A stretch of 64,000 nt of DNA from positions 1 through 64,000 of IMG/VR virus record IMGVR_UViG_3300029305_003320; one strand, given 5' to 3'. Source of the stretch: a virus. Lineage: Duplodnaviria; Caudoviricetes. Every line of letters begins with the position of its first letter. Position 1 is the stretch's first letter. Both the position numbers and the translations under genes were made by a program. This document shows positions 9,250 through 19,398 of this stretch, one piece after another. Under the pieces are notes generated by a model. That model was not told the DNA's origin. It was given only the letters and a program-made list of their open reading frames with translations, and did not search any database.

Positions 9250-10590
9250 TTATTTCAGGTACTTTTCGCACACCTTGACATAGATGTCTCTCAGCTTAAC
9301 ACCGGCATTCATGGTGTTAACCATTTCAGAAGCCATTTTGGTCATAAGAGCTATTGTCTCAGATACATAGCGAGCCTGAAGCTGTAGTGCCCTTCCTAGC
9401 GCAGGATCTACAGGAACAGTAACATGCTTAGTCTCTGCTTTACCACCTGACATAGCATACGCTTTGAGATCATCAAGCACTAGTGTAATACAATCACACG
9501 TATACTTGAGGAATGTGTTGGCAGTTTCAACCGTAGAGTTGATAGCTACGCACAACCCTTCTTCACGATAGAACGCTTCGCAGAATACACCATCGAACTG
9601 TTCTACTGTTGTGTAGGTCGTCTCATAGTCAACATCATCGACTACATCCTGAAGCGGCTTAATAGACACAGCGCTAGCACCACGGCCTCCGTCAACGAGA
9701 CCAATACCGGCCTTGTTCATCATATCACGGAACCCAGATGGGTTCTTCATGACAGTAAATCCGCCCTTGAATCCACTTGTGGACATGTTGGCGAACTCAT
9801 TGACCTGAGCTTGATCTCTGCTAAGGAATTCTTTGAACTTAGTCATGATCGGATTTTCAGGATCCTTGCCGGACTGCGCTATCTCTAGAAGTGCTCTGCT
9901 AACCAGCTGACTATCTGTGACATTTTTCTTGTCAACAGCCTGTAGACCGAGGATGTCAATGATGCCGTTATTGAAGAATGCTGCAATGACGCGGAACACC
10001 GACGCACGTTCAATGATGCCGCGCATGTCTAGACCCTTTCCGCCGCGTCCGCCTTCTTCATTAAGCGTCTTGCCTAAGATCTTTAGGATCTCAGGAAGGT
10101 CTTCCTTACCCTGAAGAGCACGCATGAGATAACGCATCCTATCTGCTGTGTAGCCTTTCATGCGGTAGACCATGAGGACTCTCTTTAGCCAGCTGCATAA
10201 TCTTCCAACAGCATCGACTATCCATTTCCAGATGCGTTTAATAACATCCCAGATAGCACCGAGGATACCTTCCATGCAGACTTCACACTTGTCTGCATCT
10301 GTACCGACAAGATTAACAAGATCCACATTGATTGCATCAAGGAATCTGTTATCCTTGTTGACCATGTCCAGCCATTCCTGAGAGAATCCATTATTCTCTA
10401 GAGAAACCTGGACTGTCTGTAGATCTCCGTAGAATCTCATTAGAGCTTCGCCTGTTAGACTAATCTCATTGAGAGCTTCTTTAGCAGCTGCAGCTGCCTG
10501 TGTCTCTTCGACTAGATTTCCTACGCGCCCTGCTAGGACATTTGCCTGACGCATCATCCCGTCAAGAGATGATTGAATTGCGAGTTTCAT
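9250..10590 (-). CDS. Inner head / ejection protein family paralog
   Basis: About 105 aa propeptide-like N-terminus, then CMEG and amphipathic ILGAIWDVIKRIWKWIVDAV, the pattern of phiKZ gp093-097-like head proteins. Confidence 0.6.
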   Translation of the reverse strand: MKLAIQSSLDGMMRQANVLAGRVGNLVEETQAAAAAKEALNEISLTGEALMRFYGDLQTVQVSLENNGFSQEWLDMVNKDNRFLDAINVDLVNLVGTDADKCEVCMEGILGAIWDVIKRIWKWIVDAVGRLCSWLKRVLMVYRMKGYTADRMRYLMRALQGKEDLPEILKILGKTLNEEGGRGGKGLDMRGIIERASVFRVIAAFFNNGIIDILGLQAVDKKNVTDSQLVSRALLEIAQSGKDPENPIMTKFKEFLSRDQAQVNEFANMSTSGFKGGFTVMKNPSGFRDMMNKAGIGLVDGGRGASAVSIKPLQDVVDDVDYETTYTTVEQFDGVFCEAFYREEGLCVAINSTVETANTFLKYTCDCITLVLDDLKAYAMSGGKAETKHVTVPVDPALGRALQLQARYVSETIALMTKMASEMVNTMNAGVKLRDIYVKVCEKYLK

Positions 10591-12185
10591 TATTTACCCT
10601 TCTTTGCGAGTTGTTCAAGTTTGTATCCGAAGAACGAAACCATATTGTTGTTGACTTTCTGTAGATCTTCGATGACTTCTTCTATTTCAGCATCGACTCT
10701 ACCATTGACAAGCCAACGAATAAATGATGCTACACCGAGCATTTTCGTAAATACGCGGTATCTCTTTACCTGACGATCGAAATACTTGTCGTGAGCAGAC
10801 ATTGCGTTGATTGCTCTAGCAATCCTTTCGATGTCGTTAACGTATTTAGTAACATACTCAGCAGATGCACCGTGAGCTTTGAGTTCCTTAATGGTTAGTC
10901 TTAAGATCTCTTTGTATCTTTCCGTATTTGGTGGATACATGCGGAAATCAGGATCGCTGTAGAACTTGTGAGCGGCATGCGAGATACACAGTCTCTGAAC
11001 AAGTGATAACTTAGACATGTCAGCCTCTGCTCTCCTAATGATCTCTATGTCCTTAGATGACTTGCCGATCATTAGGTAGAACTTATCAGTCTTGGTCATG
11101 CCTTCAACTAGTTCAGGTCCGTAGCCGTGAGTAAATGCATACTCGTCAGCTTTGCGTTCCTGCCAAGTCCACATGCGTTCATTAGAAGGAAGATCCCCGT
11201 ACTTAACCTGCTTACCATCAGATCCTCTTAGGAACATTCCAGATGGATCACAGATTAGTATATCGAAAGCTTTAGTGAAAATGTCTGCCAGTAGAGAGAA
11301 GGATGCATCCTTAAGACCTTTAGCCATCATAGCTTTACCCTTTTCAGCAGCATTGCTAGTTGACAGAAGATCTTTCTCTGCTTGGTTAGCTACTTTGATA
11401 AGAGCAGCTGCATCCTTTGTGTACCCCGCCTTGAGTCCAACTTCTCCAGCTTTCTTACCAAGTTCAATAGCCTTATCTGTAGTGAGACTTCTTCCAAAGG
11501 CTCTCTCAAGAGCATCAAAGGAAGAGATTTGAGCGTACATATCTGCAGCATGTTCAATCAATGTTAGAGAATGCCCAATCTCGTGGAGTACGATGGCAGT
11601 GATCTCTCTAGCAGTAAGATTATCTATACCTGCATTCTTTGGAAGGAAATCCTTCATCATGAATCCAAGAGACAAGTCGAACCCGATTGCTACTCTGACA
11701 AGTCTCTTAACAGCTTCCCTATCTACTTTCTTAATGATGCCTTTGGTGACATCATAGGTGCTTGCCAGCTTGATAAGCTGATCGACAGTGAATTCATCCT
11801 TATTGGCTTCCCCCATGAGAAGCATGTCGTTAAGAATGGTATCTGCCTGACCATTAAGAGAGTTAACTATTTGAGCAGTGCCTCTAGCAGTGATTTCATC
11901 TGTGCTCTGGATACAAGTCCATGTACAGAAGCAAGATTCGAAGTATGGCTTAAACCAAATCTCTTCTATATTCAACCCAGTGTGTTTCCACACAGTCTGC
12001 ATGAATCTCTTAGCAGTGTTCTTATAGAAGAATTCTGTTAGAAGTTTAGTCTTGTTATTGAAGGAAATCGTTCCATTAAGGTTCTTATCCCTATAGTCGA
12101 TAACCTCCTGCCAGAGTGCATCCAACTCAGCGCCTAAGCGCGAGTTGGTAACTGCATGCATGGCTTCAGTTCCGAGTGAAAGCAT
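10590..12185 (-). CDS. Virion protein with zincin (M48-like) metalloprotease motifs
   Basis: EITAIVLHEIGH (HExxH) and downstream QERKADEYA; lies in the head gene block. Confidence 0.6.
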   Translation of the reverse strand: MLSLGTEAMHAVTNSRLGAELDALWQEVIDYRDKNLNGTISFNNKTKLLTEFFYKNTAKRFMQTVWKHTGLNIEEIWFKPYFESCFCTWTCIQSTDEITARGTAQIVNSLNGQADTILNDMLLMGEANKDEFTVDQLIKLASTYDVTKGIIKKVDREAVKRLVRVAIGFDLSLGFMMKDFLPKNAGIDNLTAREITAIVLHEIGHSLTLIEHAADMYAQISSFDALERAFGRSLTTDKAIELGKKAGEVGLKAGYTKDAAALIKVANQAEKDLLSTSNAAEKGKAMMAKGLKDASFSLLADIFTKAFDILICDPSGMFLRGSDGKQVKYGDLPSNERMWTWQERKADEYAFTHGYGPELVEGMTKTDKFYLMIGKSSKDIEIIRRAEADMSKLSLVQRLCISHAAHKFYSDPDFRMYPPNTERYKEILRLTIKELKAHGASAEYVTKYVNDIERIARAINAMSAHDKYFDRQVKRYRVFTKMLGVASFIRWLVNGRVDAEIEEVIEDLQKVNNNMVSFFGYKLEQLAKKGK

Positions 12186-12312
12186 AAAATTCCTCTTATT
12201 GCATTTAAGGTTAAAATGAGCTATAGCATTGTCTAAATACGCAGGTATTTATACAGTTTTGAACCGGATATTTGGCAACCAGTCCTACCCATCAGAAACA
12301 AAAAAGTAAGGT

Positions 12313-12344
12313 ACCCTCCCTGGCGCATCTGCGCCAGGGAGGGT
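12313..12344. terminator. Long perfect hairpin
   Basis: accctccctggcgc-atct-gcgccagggagggt, with an A-run on its left (U-run on - strand). Confidence 0.75.
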
Positions 12345-12366
12345 TGTGCGACTCAACGGAAGTTTT

Positions 12367-12468
12367 CTACGCATGACAGTAGCACTGATACTCATCGGCA
12401 CGTGGTGCATCCACGATTAGTGAGCTTAGAACTGCAGTCATGTTTGTCAAGGATGCGAATAGCATCAT
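12367..12468 (-). CDS. Putative 33-aa early microprotein
   Basis: GGAGG RBS 8 nt before ATG; MMLFASLTNMTAVLSSLIVDAPRADEYQCYCHA; lies between TATATTAC (12544) and a hairpin; not in the ORF track. Confidence 0.5.
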   Translation of the reverse strand: MMLFASLTNMTAVLSSLIVDAPRADEYQCYCHA

Positions 12469-12543
12469 CGTAGTTTCCTCCGTTTCGTTTTAGTTTCATT
12501 GCGGCTTTACTAACTGCTACCTGCAGTGCCGACTTACATTGTG

Positions 12544-12551
12544 GTAATATA
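12544..12551 (-). promoter_or_regulatory. Early promoter motif TATATTAC
   Basis: gtaatata on + strand. Confidence 0.55.
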
Positions 12552-12576
12552 TATTCAAACGTAATTGAAATACATT

Positions 12577-13587
12577 TTACCATCCATAGTCTTCTACCGC
12601 ATCTGAAGGATCTTTACCGTTGGCTATGCAGTCTGCATCATGTGCGATCTTGCCCATGATCCTATCCATGAATGTTAGACGATCGCTTACAACCTCAAGA
12701 GCATTCTTGGTGATCTGAAGAACCTTGGTCTTGACAGTTAGTTCTGCCTGGACCTTTGATAGATCAGATTCATCTGCTCCATTGGCTATCTGCTTATTCA
12801 TCTTACGCTTTAGATCAGCGATAGTTGTCTCTAGCTTAGAAGCCATCTTCTTCAACTTGACAATGTTTCCAGTGCAGTCTATGTACATTCTAGCACTGAC
12901 ATCACACACTGGAGCTAGCCATCCAAGTGTTTTGTAAGATCCTGAATTCAGCTTGACTTTAATTAGGGTGTCATCAAGCTGATTATCAGAGAACTTAAAT
13001 CCGCACAGAGAAGACTGTGTCGTCATGATGTTATCCGCGGCTGCAGCAGATGCAACATCATTGATCTGTAGAAGTAGTTTAGTGATGTTGTTAGTAGAGC
13101 TACAGATGAGTTGGAAGTCTTCAGGTGAGATAGTCTCGGCATTGAACGCTTCAAACTTCTGGACAGAATCCATAGAAGCTCTCATTATGGCTATACGCTG
13201 CCGATACTTAACAGCCTGAGCAGCTGCTCTGTACTGAGCACTGAATATCCACCGTAGACAATGCATTACTGCATCGTACAGTCTGCAGAGAAGCCTCCAC
13301 AGCTCATAGACAACAGTCTTAACTACCGTATATGCAGTGCCTATCCACTCCTCGGATCTCTCAATGTGAACACAGTCACACTGATACTCCTTGCAGATCG
13401 ACTCGTACTCACAGATGTAGTCCATAACCTCTTCAGGTATTTTGTCCTGCATCTTGTACTGAGACGAAATGCGTCTGGTTAGATCCAACCCGTGGTTGAT
13501 AGAGTTGACTAAGTCGTCTACAACAACGCCACAGGAGGCCAATTCAGCCTGGATAGATCTCATCCTTGCTTGATTTAGCTTATTCAT
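12577..13587 (-). CDS. Inner head / ejection protein family paralog
   Basis: Start MNKLNQ after AGGAGG; RSEE followed by amphipathic WIGTAYTVVKTVVYELWRLL; C-terminal coiled coil. Confidence 0.55.
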   Translation of the reverse strand: MNKLNQARMRSIQAELASCGVVVDDLVNSINHGLDLTRRISSQYKMQDKIPEEVMDYICEYESICKEYQCDCVHIERSEEWIGTAYTVVKTVVYELWRLLCRLYDAVMHCLRWIFSAQYRAAAQAVKYRQRIAIMRASMDSVQKFEAFNAETISPEDFQLICSSTNNITKLLLQINDVASAAAADNIMTTQSSLCGFKFSDNQLDDTLIKVKLNSGSYKTLGWLAPVCDVSARMYIDCTGNIVKLKKMASKLETTIADLKRKMNKQIANGADESDLSKVQAELTVKTKVLQITKNALEVVSDRLTFMDRIMGKIAHDADCIANGKDPSDAVEDYGW

Positions 13588-14827
13588 GGTCAGGACCTCC
13601 TTTGTTGTCGCTCTTCTGAATCTCAATGATTCTCTTGAGTTGCTTTTCAGCCCAGAGAGACCACTGGTACTCACCCCAGATAAATCCTAGAACATCGCAG
13701 TTAGCATGTTTAGGACACAGCTGGTCTATAGCAGCTAAAGCCCATTCAGGACCCCAACCGTCTCTAAATCCAGATATGAATGAATCATTAAGACACAGTG
13801 CAGCAGCAGGGGTCAGCCTCTTTAGCTGACGAGCTCTTCTGAACACTATGTCACTCTGACGATCGTTAGATGAGCTAGCATCTTTACCAGAACTCTCTGC
13901 ATTCTCTGCAAAGATGTACTGATACAGATTACTGATATCTGGTTTGTGACTGTCACTGCTGTAGCACCTACCGCCAAACGAATCAATGATTGTAAGAAGA
14001 GTGTCTGCTGCTAGACAGAATACTTCCTTGTACATATTGAATCCGCCGATATCGTTGGCAGGTATCGTGTCGGCTAACAGTCTATATATCCACTGTGTGT
14101 CGCTGCGGATCTTGCGAATATGACTCATGAATCTACCATCTACGACTTCAAGACTGACTCGAGCATCTGATTTATTGTATTTGCTCGGATCGTACATAGT
14201 CGTTGGATATTTGTTCCAATCCCTATCCCAACCATCCATAACAGCATCAGCTGTTATAGTAGCATTGAGAGCCTTAAGATTAGATATCACAGTTCCTATC
14301 TCAGTAGAAGACGGATAGGACAGTACAGCCCTAAACACATTAGGGTTGGTTGCCATACCACGTTCTATGTTGTAGATCTGTTCTGTGACAGTTTCATTTA
14401 TGGCTCTGATGAACAGTGTAAGTCTGTACTTCAGATAGCGATGAGCCATCTTGTACATTTCCTTTGGGAATATGATTTTACCGTTAACATCTCCAAAGCA
14501 TCCATCTTCACATTCACATACTGGATCACCCCATGAGTTAGGTCTCATGTAGTCGTAGTGTTTCCACATGTGCTGTGAGCCTTCTGTACGCTGAACGAAC
14601 TTGTTAAGAAGATGAGCCTGTGTAGTGGCGATCACCCAGATCGCCACTACATCAGGTGTCGTTGCCAGAGTTAAGTGCTTAAGTAGGTTGGTCCACGTGA
14701 ACACACGGTACACGTCACCGGACCCCATAAGAGCTTTGTATTCAAGAGAATACGCTCTAGCGTTGCATCTATCTTCAAGGTCGCGCAGCTGGCGGTAATA
14801 ACCGGTTATAGCTGAACTTCCGAACAT
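13580..14827 (-). CDS. Putative virion protein (position of phiKZ gp091)
   Basis: 415 aa ORF in the head operon; assigned by synteny only. Confidence 0.45.
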   Translation of the reverse strand: MFGSSAITGYYRQLRDLEDRCNARAYSLEYKALMGSGDVYRVFTWTNLLKHLTLATTPDVVAIWVIATTQAHLLNKFVQRTEGSQHMWKHYDYMRPNSWGDPVCECEDGCFGDVNGKIIFPKEMYKMAHRYLKYRLTLFIRAINETVTEQIYNIERGMATNPNVFRAVLSYPSSTEIGTVISNLKALNATITADAVMDGWDRDWNKYPTTMYDPSKYNKSDARVSLEVVDGRFMSHIRKIRSDTQWIYRLLADTIPANDIGGFNMYKEVFCLAADTLLTIIDSFGGRCYSSDSHKPDISNLYQYIFAENAESSGKDASSSNDRQSDIVFRRARQLKRLTPAAALCLNDSFISGFRDGWGPEWALAAIDQLCPKHANCDVLGFIWGEYQWSLWAEKQLKRIIEIQKSDNKGGPDHE

Positions 14828-14830
14828 AGA

Positions 14831-15811
14831 TTAATCCTCGTTGTAATACTTGTCAAGGTACTGGTCCATACGAGCAATCTGATCGTTGTAGTTCTTGATG
14901 ACCTGAACGATCTTCTTGTAGCGAGGACTCTCAGGGTTCTCACCATCTAGCTCCATCTGCAGGAACTCAACACGAGCTTTGTTTTGCTCGCGAAGAGATC
15001 TGATTAGACGAGCCACCCAGTCGAACATATCTGTCCAACGATCTCCGATCCAACGGAAGATGGCGAGACCACGGCAACCGCGTTTGACATCCTCTTCGTT
15101 GACTCCTCCACCGATCTTGGCGAACTTGGAGGACGACTGGTTGTCAGTCGTGAGAACACAGACATCGTCACCAGACTGCTTATAGCGCAGAACTCCAGCA
15201 GTGAATGTCTTGCCAAGTTTACCATTGATCATGCGGACGCAGATGCTAGCGATATCGTCAGCCTTGTCCAGAAGGAATGCCTTCTGATACTTGGCTAGAG
15301 CGAACTCGTCAGGCTTCTTGTCGGCCATGACCGCAGAGATAAGACACTTGCTGTAGTTAGCTAGTGTCTCGGCGGAGTCAATCACTCCGTAGATCGCAAC
15401 GTGGGAGATCTTGGTGTTGTAAAGATTGAAGTTCTTGTCAACGAAGAGCTTGTCGACATTAGCCGACACTTCTTCCAGAATACCGACGGTAGCCTGCATG
15501 GACTCGACTATTGCTCCGAAGTATCCAGATTCCTGGCGAAGCTTAGCTGCCCCAACAAGCCCCTTGTCAAGTTTATTCCAAACCTGAACCAAGAAACTCT
15601 GAGAAGCTGCTTTACGGGAAGCCATTAGGTTGGACTGAAGCTTAGCAAGAAGTGGTCCGCAGTCAGTAAAGAACTGGAGCTGGGACCGGATCATGCTTGC
15701 TGCATTGGACATGTAATCAAGGAGTTGATCCTTGGACATGTTCTTAGCAGCTGTTCCATTCTTGACGGCATCACTAACTTTGGAGTCAAGTTTATTAAGT
15801 GCATTACTCAT
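14831..15811 (-). CDS. Inner body protein, phiKZ gp090-like
   Basis: C-terminal IFRWIGDRW...EQNKARVEFLQMELDG...QIARMDQYLDKY matches the recalled family pattern; synteny. Confidence 0.6.
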   Translation of the reverse strand: MSNALNKLDSKVSDAVKNGTAAKNMSKDQLLDYMSNAASMIRSQLQFFTDCGPLLAKLQSNLMASRKAASQSFLVQVWNKLDKGLVGAAKLRQESGYFGAIVESMQATVGILEEVSANVDKLFVDKNFNLYNTKISHVAIYGVIDSAETLANYSKCLISAVMADKKPDEFALAKYQKAFLLDKADDIASICVRMINGKLGKTFTAGVLRYKQSGDDVCVLTTDNQSSSKFAKIGGGVNEEDVKRGCRGLAIFRWIGDRWTDMFDWVARLIRSLREQNKARVEFLQMELDGENPESPRYKKIVQVIKNYNDQIARMDQYLDKYYNED

Positions 15812-15829
15812 GATTCATATTCCCTTCTA

Positions 15830-16921
15830 TTAGAAACGAGGGGCAGAACCAGAAGCGAGGATGGTCATGAGCGTCTTGAGATCGACGGCATCCTTGTCTC
15901 CATTCTTGCCAACCGAATCCTTGATGTGATCGATGGAATAGTTGCCAGCGTGGTTGATACCATTTAGGAACAGATCTACCGTTCCGTAGTTGGGATCGAA
16001 CACGACCATCATCATGCACATGGCTGTGGACATGATGTTCTGACGAATCTTGTAGTTGCGATAGTCGAGACCTTCGTCCTTCATAAGACGATCTATCGTC
16101 TTACGAGACACTACAATGATCGACGAAGCTGCATTGTGGTTAGCAGTGCCGTTGAGAGGATTGTAGTTGTTGGCCTCACGAGCAAGCTGATTCCTGCGGT
16201 TGTCTTCGATTTCACGAAGTATACCTGTCTTGTCGGCCTTGAGAGCTTTACGACGCTTGCGAACTAGATCGCACTCGAAGATGAAATCTTTCCAGAAGCG
16301 AATCTCACCGGCTTTCCACTTCGCCCAACGAGAGAAGAACGTCGGCTTATAGGTAGAGTTGATGAATTGCTCCATCACTGTTGTAGGAATGGTGTAGGGA
16401 AGAACCTGTACATAGAAGTACAGAGGAACCTTGGCACCATTCTCACCAGTGATGTTGACTTCAAGAAGACGGCCGGAGTAAAGAGTAGGATCGCTCTTGA
16501 TATCCTTAACGGTTAGCTCACGATTGTCCTTGGTAACTTTCTCCTTCTCTTCTTCAGAGTTGTCCTCAAGAGCTACGGAGATCTTGACATTCTTATCGCC
16601 GAACTCTTCACTGATGATGTCAATGAAATTATGGAAGTCTTCTGTCGAAATGGAAGCGGCCAACTGACGAACCGTACGACCACCAGAAATCACATCATTC
16701 AAACCAATGCTCGTAAGAACGAATCCTCCAAGCATCTGATTGACGAACTTCATGATGTTCGTGATACCATCTTCACGAGCTATCGTATCTTCGATGTAAG
16801 CCCGAGAGATGATCATCGTCTTTTTCGAGTACTCCGTGAGGGACGAAGTCGTCCTATCTTTGAGATCACGGATTACATTCATCAGGTCGGTAACCGTTCC
16901 GACTGTAGATGTAACAGACAT
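15830..16921 (-). CDS. Inner body protein, phiKZ gp089-like
   Basis: SLTEYSK..., GEIRFWKDFIFECDLVRKRRKALKADKTG and NAASSIIVVS motifs; start refined to MSVTS (AAGGA RBS). Confidence 0.65.
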   Translation of the reverse strand: MSVTSTVGTVTDLMNVIRDLKDRTTSSLTEYSKKTMIISRAYIEDTIAREDGITNIMKFVNQMLGGFVLTSIGLNDVISGGRTVRQLAASISTEDFHNFIDIISEEFGDKNVKISVALEDNSEEEKEKVTKDNRELTVKDIKSDPTLYSGRLLEVNITGENGAKVPLYFYVQVLPYTIPTTVMEQFINSTYKPTFFSRWAKWKAGEIRFWKDFIFECDLVRKRRKALKADKTGILREIEDNRRNQLAREANNYNPLNGTANHNAASSIIVVSRKTIDRLMKDEGLDYRNYKIRQNIMSTAMCMMMVVFDPNYGTVDLFLNGINHAGNYSIDHIKDSVGKNGDKDAVDLKTLMTILASGSAPRF

Positions 16922-17042
16922 AGTTTGATCCTTCGTTTTATTGATATAAATAAGGTGGAAACTATAGTATAGTTTTTCTAAAATAGCCCTTATTTGGCAC
17001 ACATTTGTGTGGGATTTGGGTCTTATTACAAGGAGGCTGATT

Positions 17043-19382
17043 ATGGGACTTGGTGATATGATAAGTGGAGCCGGAGACGCTATCAGTTCCGGTGTGTCCA
17101 AGCTCAAAGATTGGCTTGGAGGTGATGAAAAAGCTGGTGCTGAAAAAGATCCTTGGGCCGGTCTAGGTCGACCATTCGTTGAGAAGAAGGATATTGTAAA
17201 ACTTGATACCGAAGATAGTTCGTTGGGCACCAGAACTGTACCTGAACCACGAAAAGGACATGGCGTACGAGAAGAAGGCTCTGATGCCCAAGGAAATAAA
17301 TTGTGGCACAGAGAAGCCCAGACAACTACTTCTAATTGGCAGAATTTTGGGCCTAGAAAAATGGGAGAAGCTCGTGATCTTCCTCATTTGGACACAACCA
17401 ATGAAGAAAGCGATGCTGTAAGGACTGTACCTGAAGATAGACCTAGTCATAGAACAAGACCAGAGGGTCTAGTCGGAGAAGACGGGAAGTTAATGTGGCG
17501 TAGAAGAGAGGAAAAGTCTGGAAAAGATGTAGATCCAGATAAATACAAACTAATCAAACTTCCTCCTGACGATCCGTCTCCTGTAACTGAATATATATCT
17601 GTCGGAGGAGTCAGATACAAATATCAATACGCCAAACCTAAGGCAAAAGATGTGGCGGCTGCTGTTGAAGCCGAGTATGACGGATCAATTCCTTACAGAA
17701 ACTTATATCAGAAAGCGTATTCTGATATACTTGCAAAAAATCGTAAAGCTGCTAGAGATAAAGCTATAGTCGTTTTAACATCTTTTGCTAAAGAATTTGA
17801 GGACGCTAAAGCTGAGCCAGGTATTTCCAGAAGAATTGATGTTAATGTTACAATGGACACAGCCGAAGGTAATTTTGATGTGGTTAGTCCTGTTAAAACT
17901 GGAGATGGTGGAAAGCTTACAATAACTCCGAAGAATGAGCATGAGCATTCTCTATCAGATTTGGATCCTTATCGTCATGCTGTTTTTAAAAGTAACTCTG
18001 ATGTAACTGAAGACTACCTTTCTCTTGCGGATTTCGTAGAACGATTGATGCTTGAAGACTATGAATGGCGACGCAAAAATAGACACACAAAAGAACATAA
18101 GTCTGCCGAAGATACAAAAGCGATTCTTAAGCGGATGGGGAGATCTTTAGGGTTTAGCGAGGATGATGTTGCCAATTATAGTAAAGCTTTAGATGCAGTT
18201 GCTGACGCTAAGAGACCTACGAAAGTAGACGTTCCGATATCAGGGAAAGAGTTTAGGCCCGGAACGTTTGGTAGAGGAATTAACTACACACCAGGCGGTT
18301 CATCAGAAGTAGTAAACGAGACAGGTCATGAGCTCGCTTTAAGATTTGCCGGGTTTGGTGACATAAATGTCGCACAATATCAGTTCTTTCACAATTTCAA
18401 CATCTTTAACAAGTCATTTACTCCAGGCGGGGCACGTGAACTAAAAGGATTTACATTTATAACAAGACCCCACTTAAATCTTACAAATAGAAATCTAGCA
18501 CACATTTCAAGATTCACACATCTCCTCCAAGCGGATAACACTAGTGTGTCTATGTACATAAGGCAAATGCTTGATACTAGTTATGCCACGAAGTATGGTG
18601 GAGTTGGAGGGTCAAAGTTTTGTCCGTTGCTAGACACCAAAAATCCATTCAACGTTCTTCTGTGCAATGCTCTTGTATCTATCAATGGGTTTCCTGATCC
18701 GGATCTCGCAATAGAATCCACATCTGGAGGATTCTTCTCTGAGCAGCAGACCAACGTAATTGGATACAACAGACTTGCAAAAGGTCAGGACTTACAACTA
18801 GAATTTAAGGACTACGAAGGCGGAATTGTTCTAGCCATGCATGACGTCTGGTGTCAGTATGCTGGATATATTGCGGACGGACAAATGATGCAGTATCTCG
18901 ACGACATAGAAGATAACATTATGGGATATACTGTATCTATTTATAGATTCGTGACAGACCACACCGGAAGGTTCATCACTAGATGGGCTAAAGCAACAGG
19001 ATGCTACCCTAAGTTGTATCCTACAGGAACTCCGTTTAATGTAAATGATGGAGAGCAGGTTCTTTCTGCAGTCAAGAGATTCACTGTTCCATATTGGGCT
19101 CACCATTTTGATTATAACAATCCGGAAATTCTTATGGATTTTAATGAATTGGTAAAGAGATATTGCCCTGAGATACAAGACTATTCCAAGAGAAGACCGG
19201 TGCGTCCTAGTATCATTAATAATAATTTGATGGGTATACCGTATGTGGAAGAACGAAGTGGTAGATTTGAATTGGTGTTCAAGGCGGAGCTTGAGCCAAC
19301 ATTCCAGAACGACTACAATCGTAAAGCCACACTCGTAGGCGATGGTTTAGATACATTCCATTCATTTGGAACAACAACTTAA
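17043..19382 (+). CDS. Baseplate/tube-like virion protein, phiKZ gp088-like, with long N-terminal extension
   Basis: C-terminal half GFTFITRPHLNL...NPFNVLLCNALVSINGFPD...TGCYP matches the recalled family; AAGGAGG RBS before ATG 17043. Confidence 0.65.
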   Translation: MGLGDMISGAGDAISSGVSKLKDWLGGDEKAGAEKDPWAGLGRPFVEKKDIVKLDTEDSSLGTRTVPEPRKGHGVREEGSDAQGNKLWHREAQTTTSNWQNFGPRKMGEARDLPHLDTTNEESDAVRTVPEDRPSHRTRPEGLVGEDGKLMWRRREEKSGKDVDPDKYKLIKLPPDDPSPVTEYISVGGVRYKYQYAKPKAKDVAAAVEAEYDGSIPYRNLYQKAYSDILAKNRKAARDKAIVVLTSFAKEFEDAKAEPGISRRIDVNVTMDTAEGNFDVVSPVKTGDGGKLTITPKNEHEHSLSDLDPYRHAVFKSNSDVTEDYLSLADFVERLMLEDYEWRRKNRHTKEHKSAEDTKAILKRMGRSLGFSEDDVANYSKALDAVADAKRPTKVDVPISGKEFRPGTFGRGINYTPGGSSEVVNETGHELALRFAGFGDINVAQYQFFHNFNIFNKSFTPGGARELKGFTFITRPHLNLTNRNLAHISRFTHLLQADNTSVSMYIRQMLDTSYATKYGGVGGSKFCPLLDTKNPFNVLLCNALVSINGFPDPDLAIESTSGGFFSEQQTNVIGYNRLAKGQDLQLEFKDYEGGIVLAMHDVWCQYAGYIADGQMMQYLDDIEDNIMGYTVSIYRFVTDHTGRFITRWAKATGCYPKLYPTGTPFNVNDGEQVLSAVKRFTVPYWAHHFDYNNPEILMDFNELVKRYCPEIQDYSKRRPVRPSIINNNLMGIPYVEERSGRFELVFKAELEPTFQNDYNRKATLVGDGLDTFHSFGTTT

Positions 19383-19398
19383 TCGTTACGGAGATAAA

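Noticed and set aside
12392-12583. 63-aa ORF in the track
   Set aside because: No RBS, and it spans the promoter motif; the alternative-frame 33-aa ORF with GGAGG fits better
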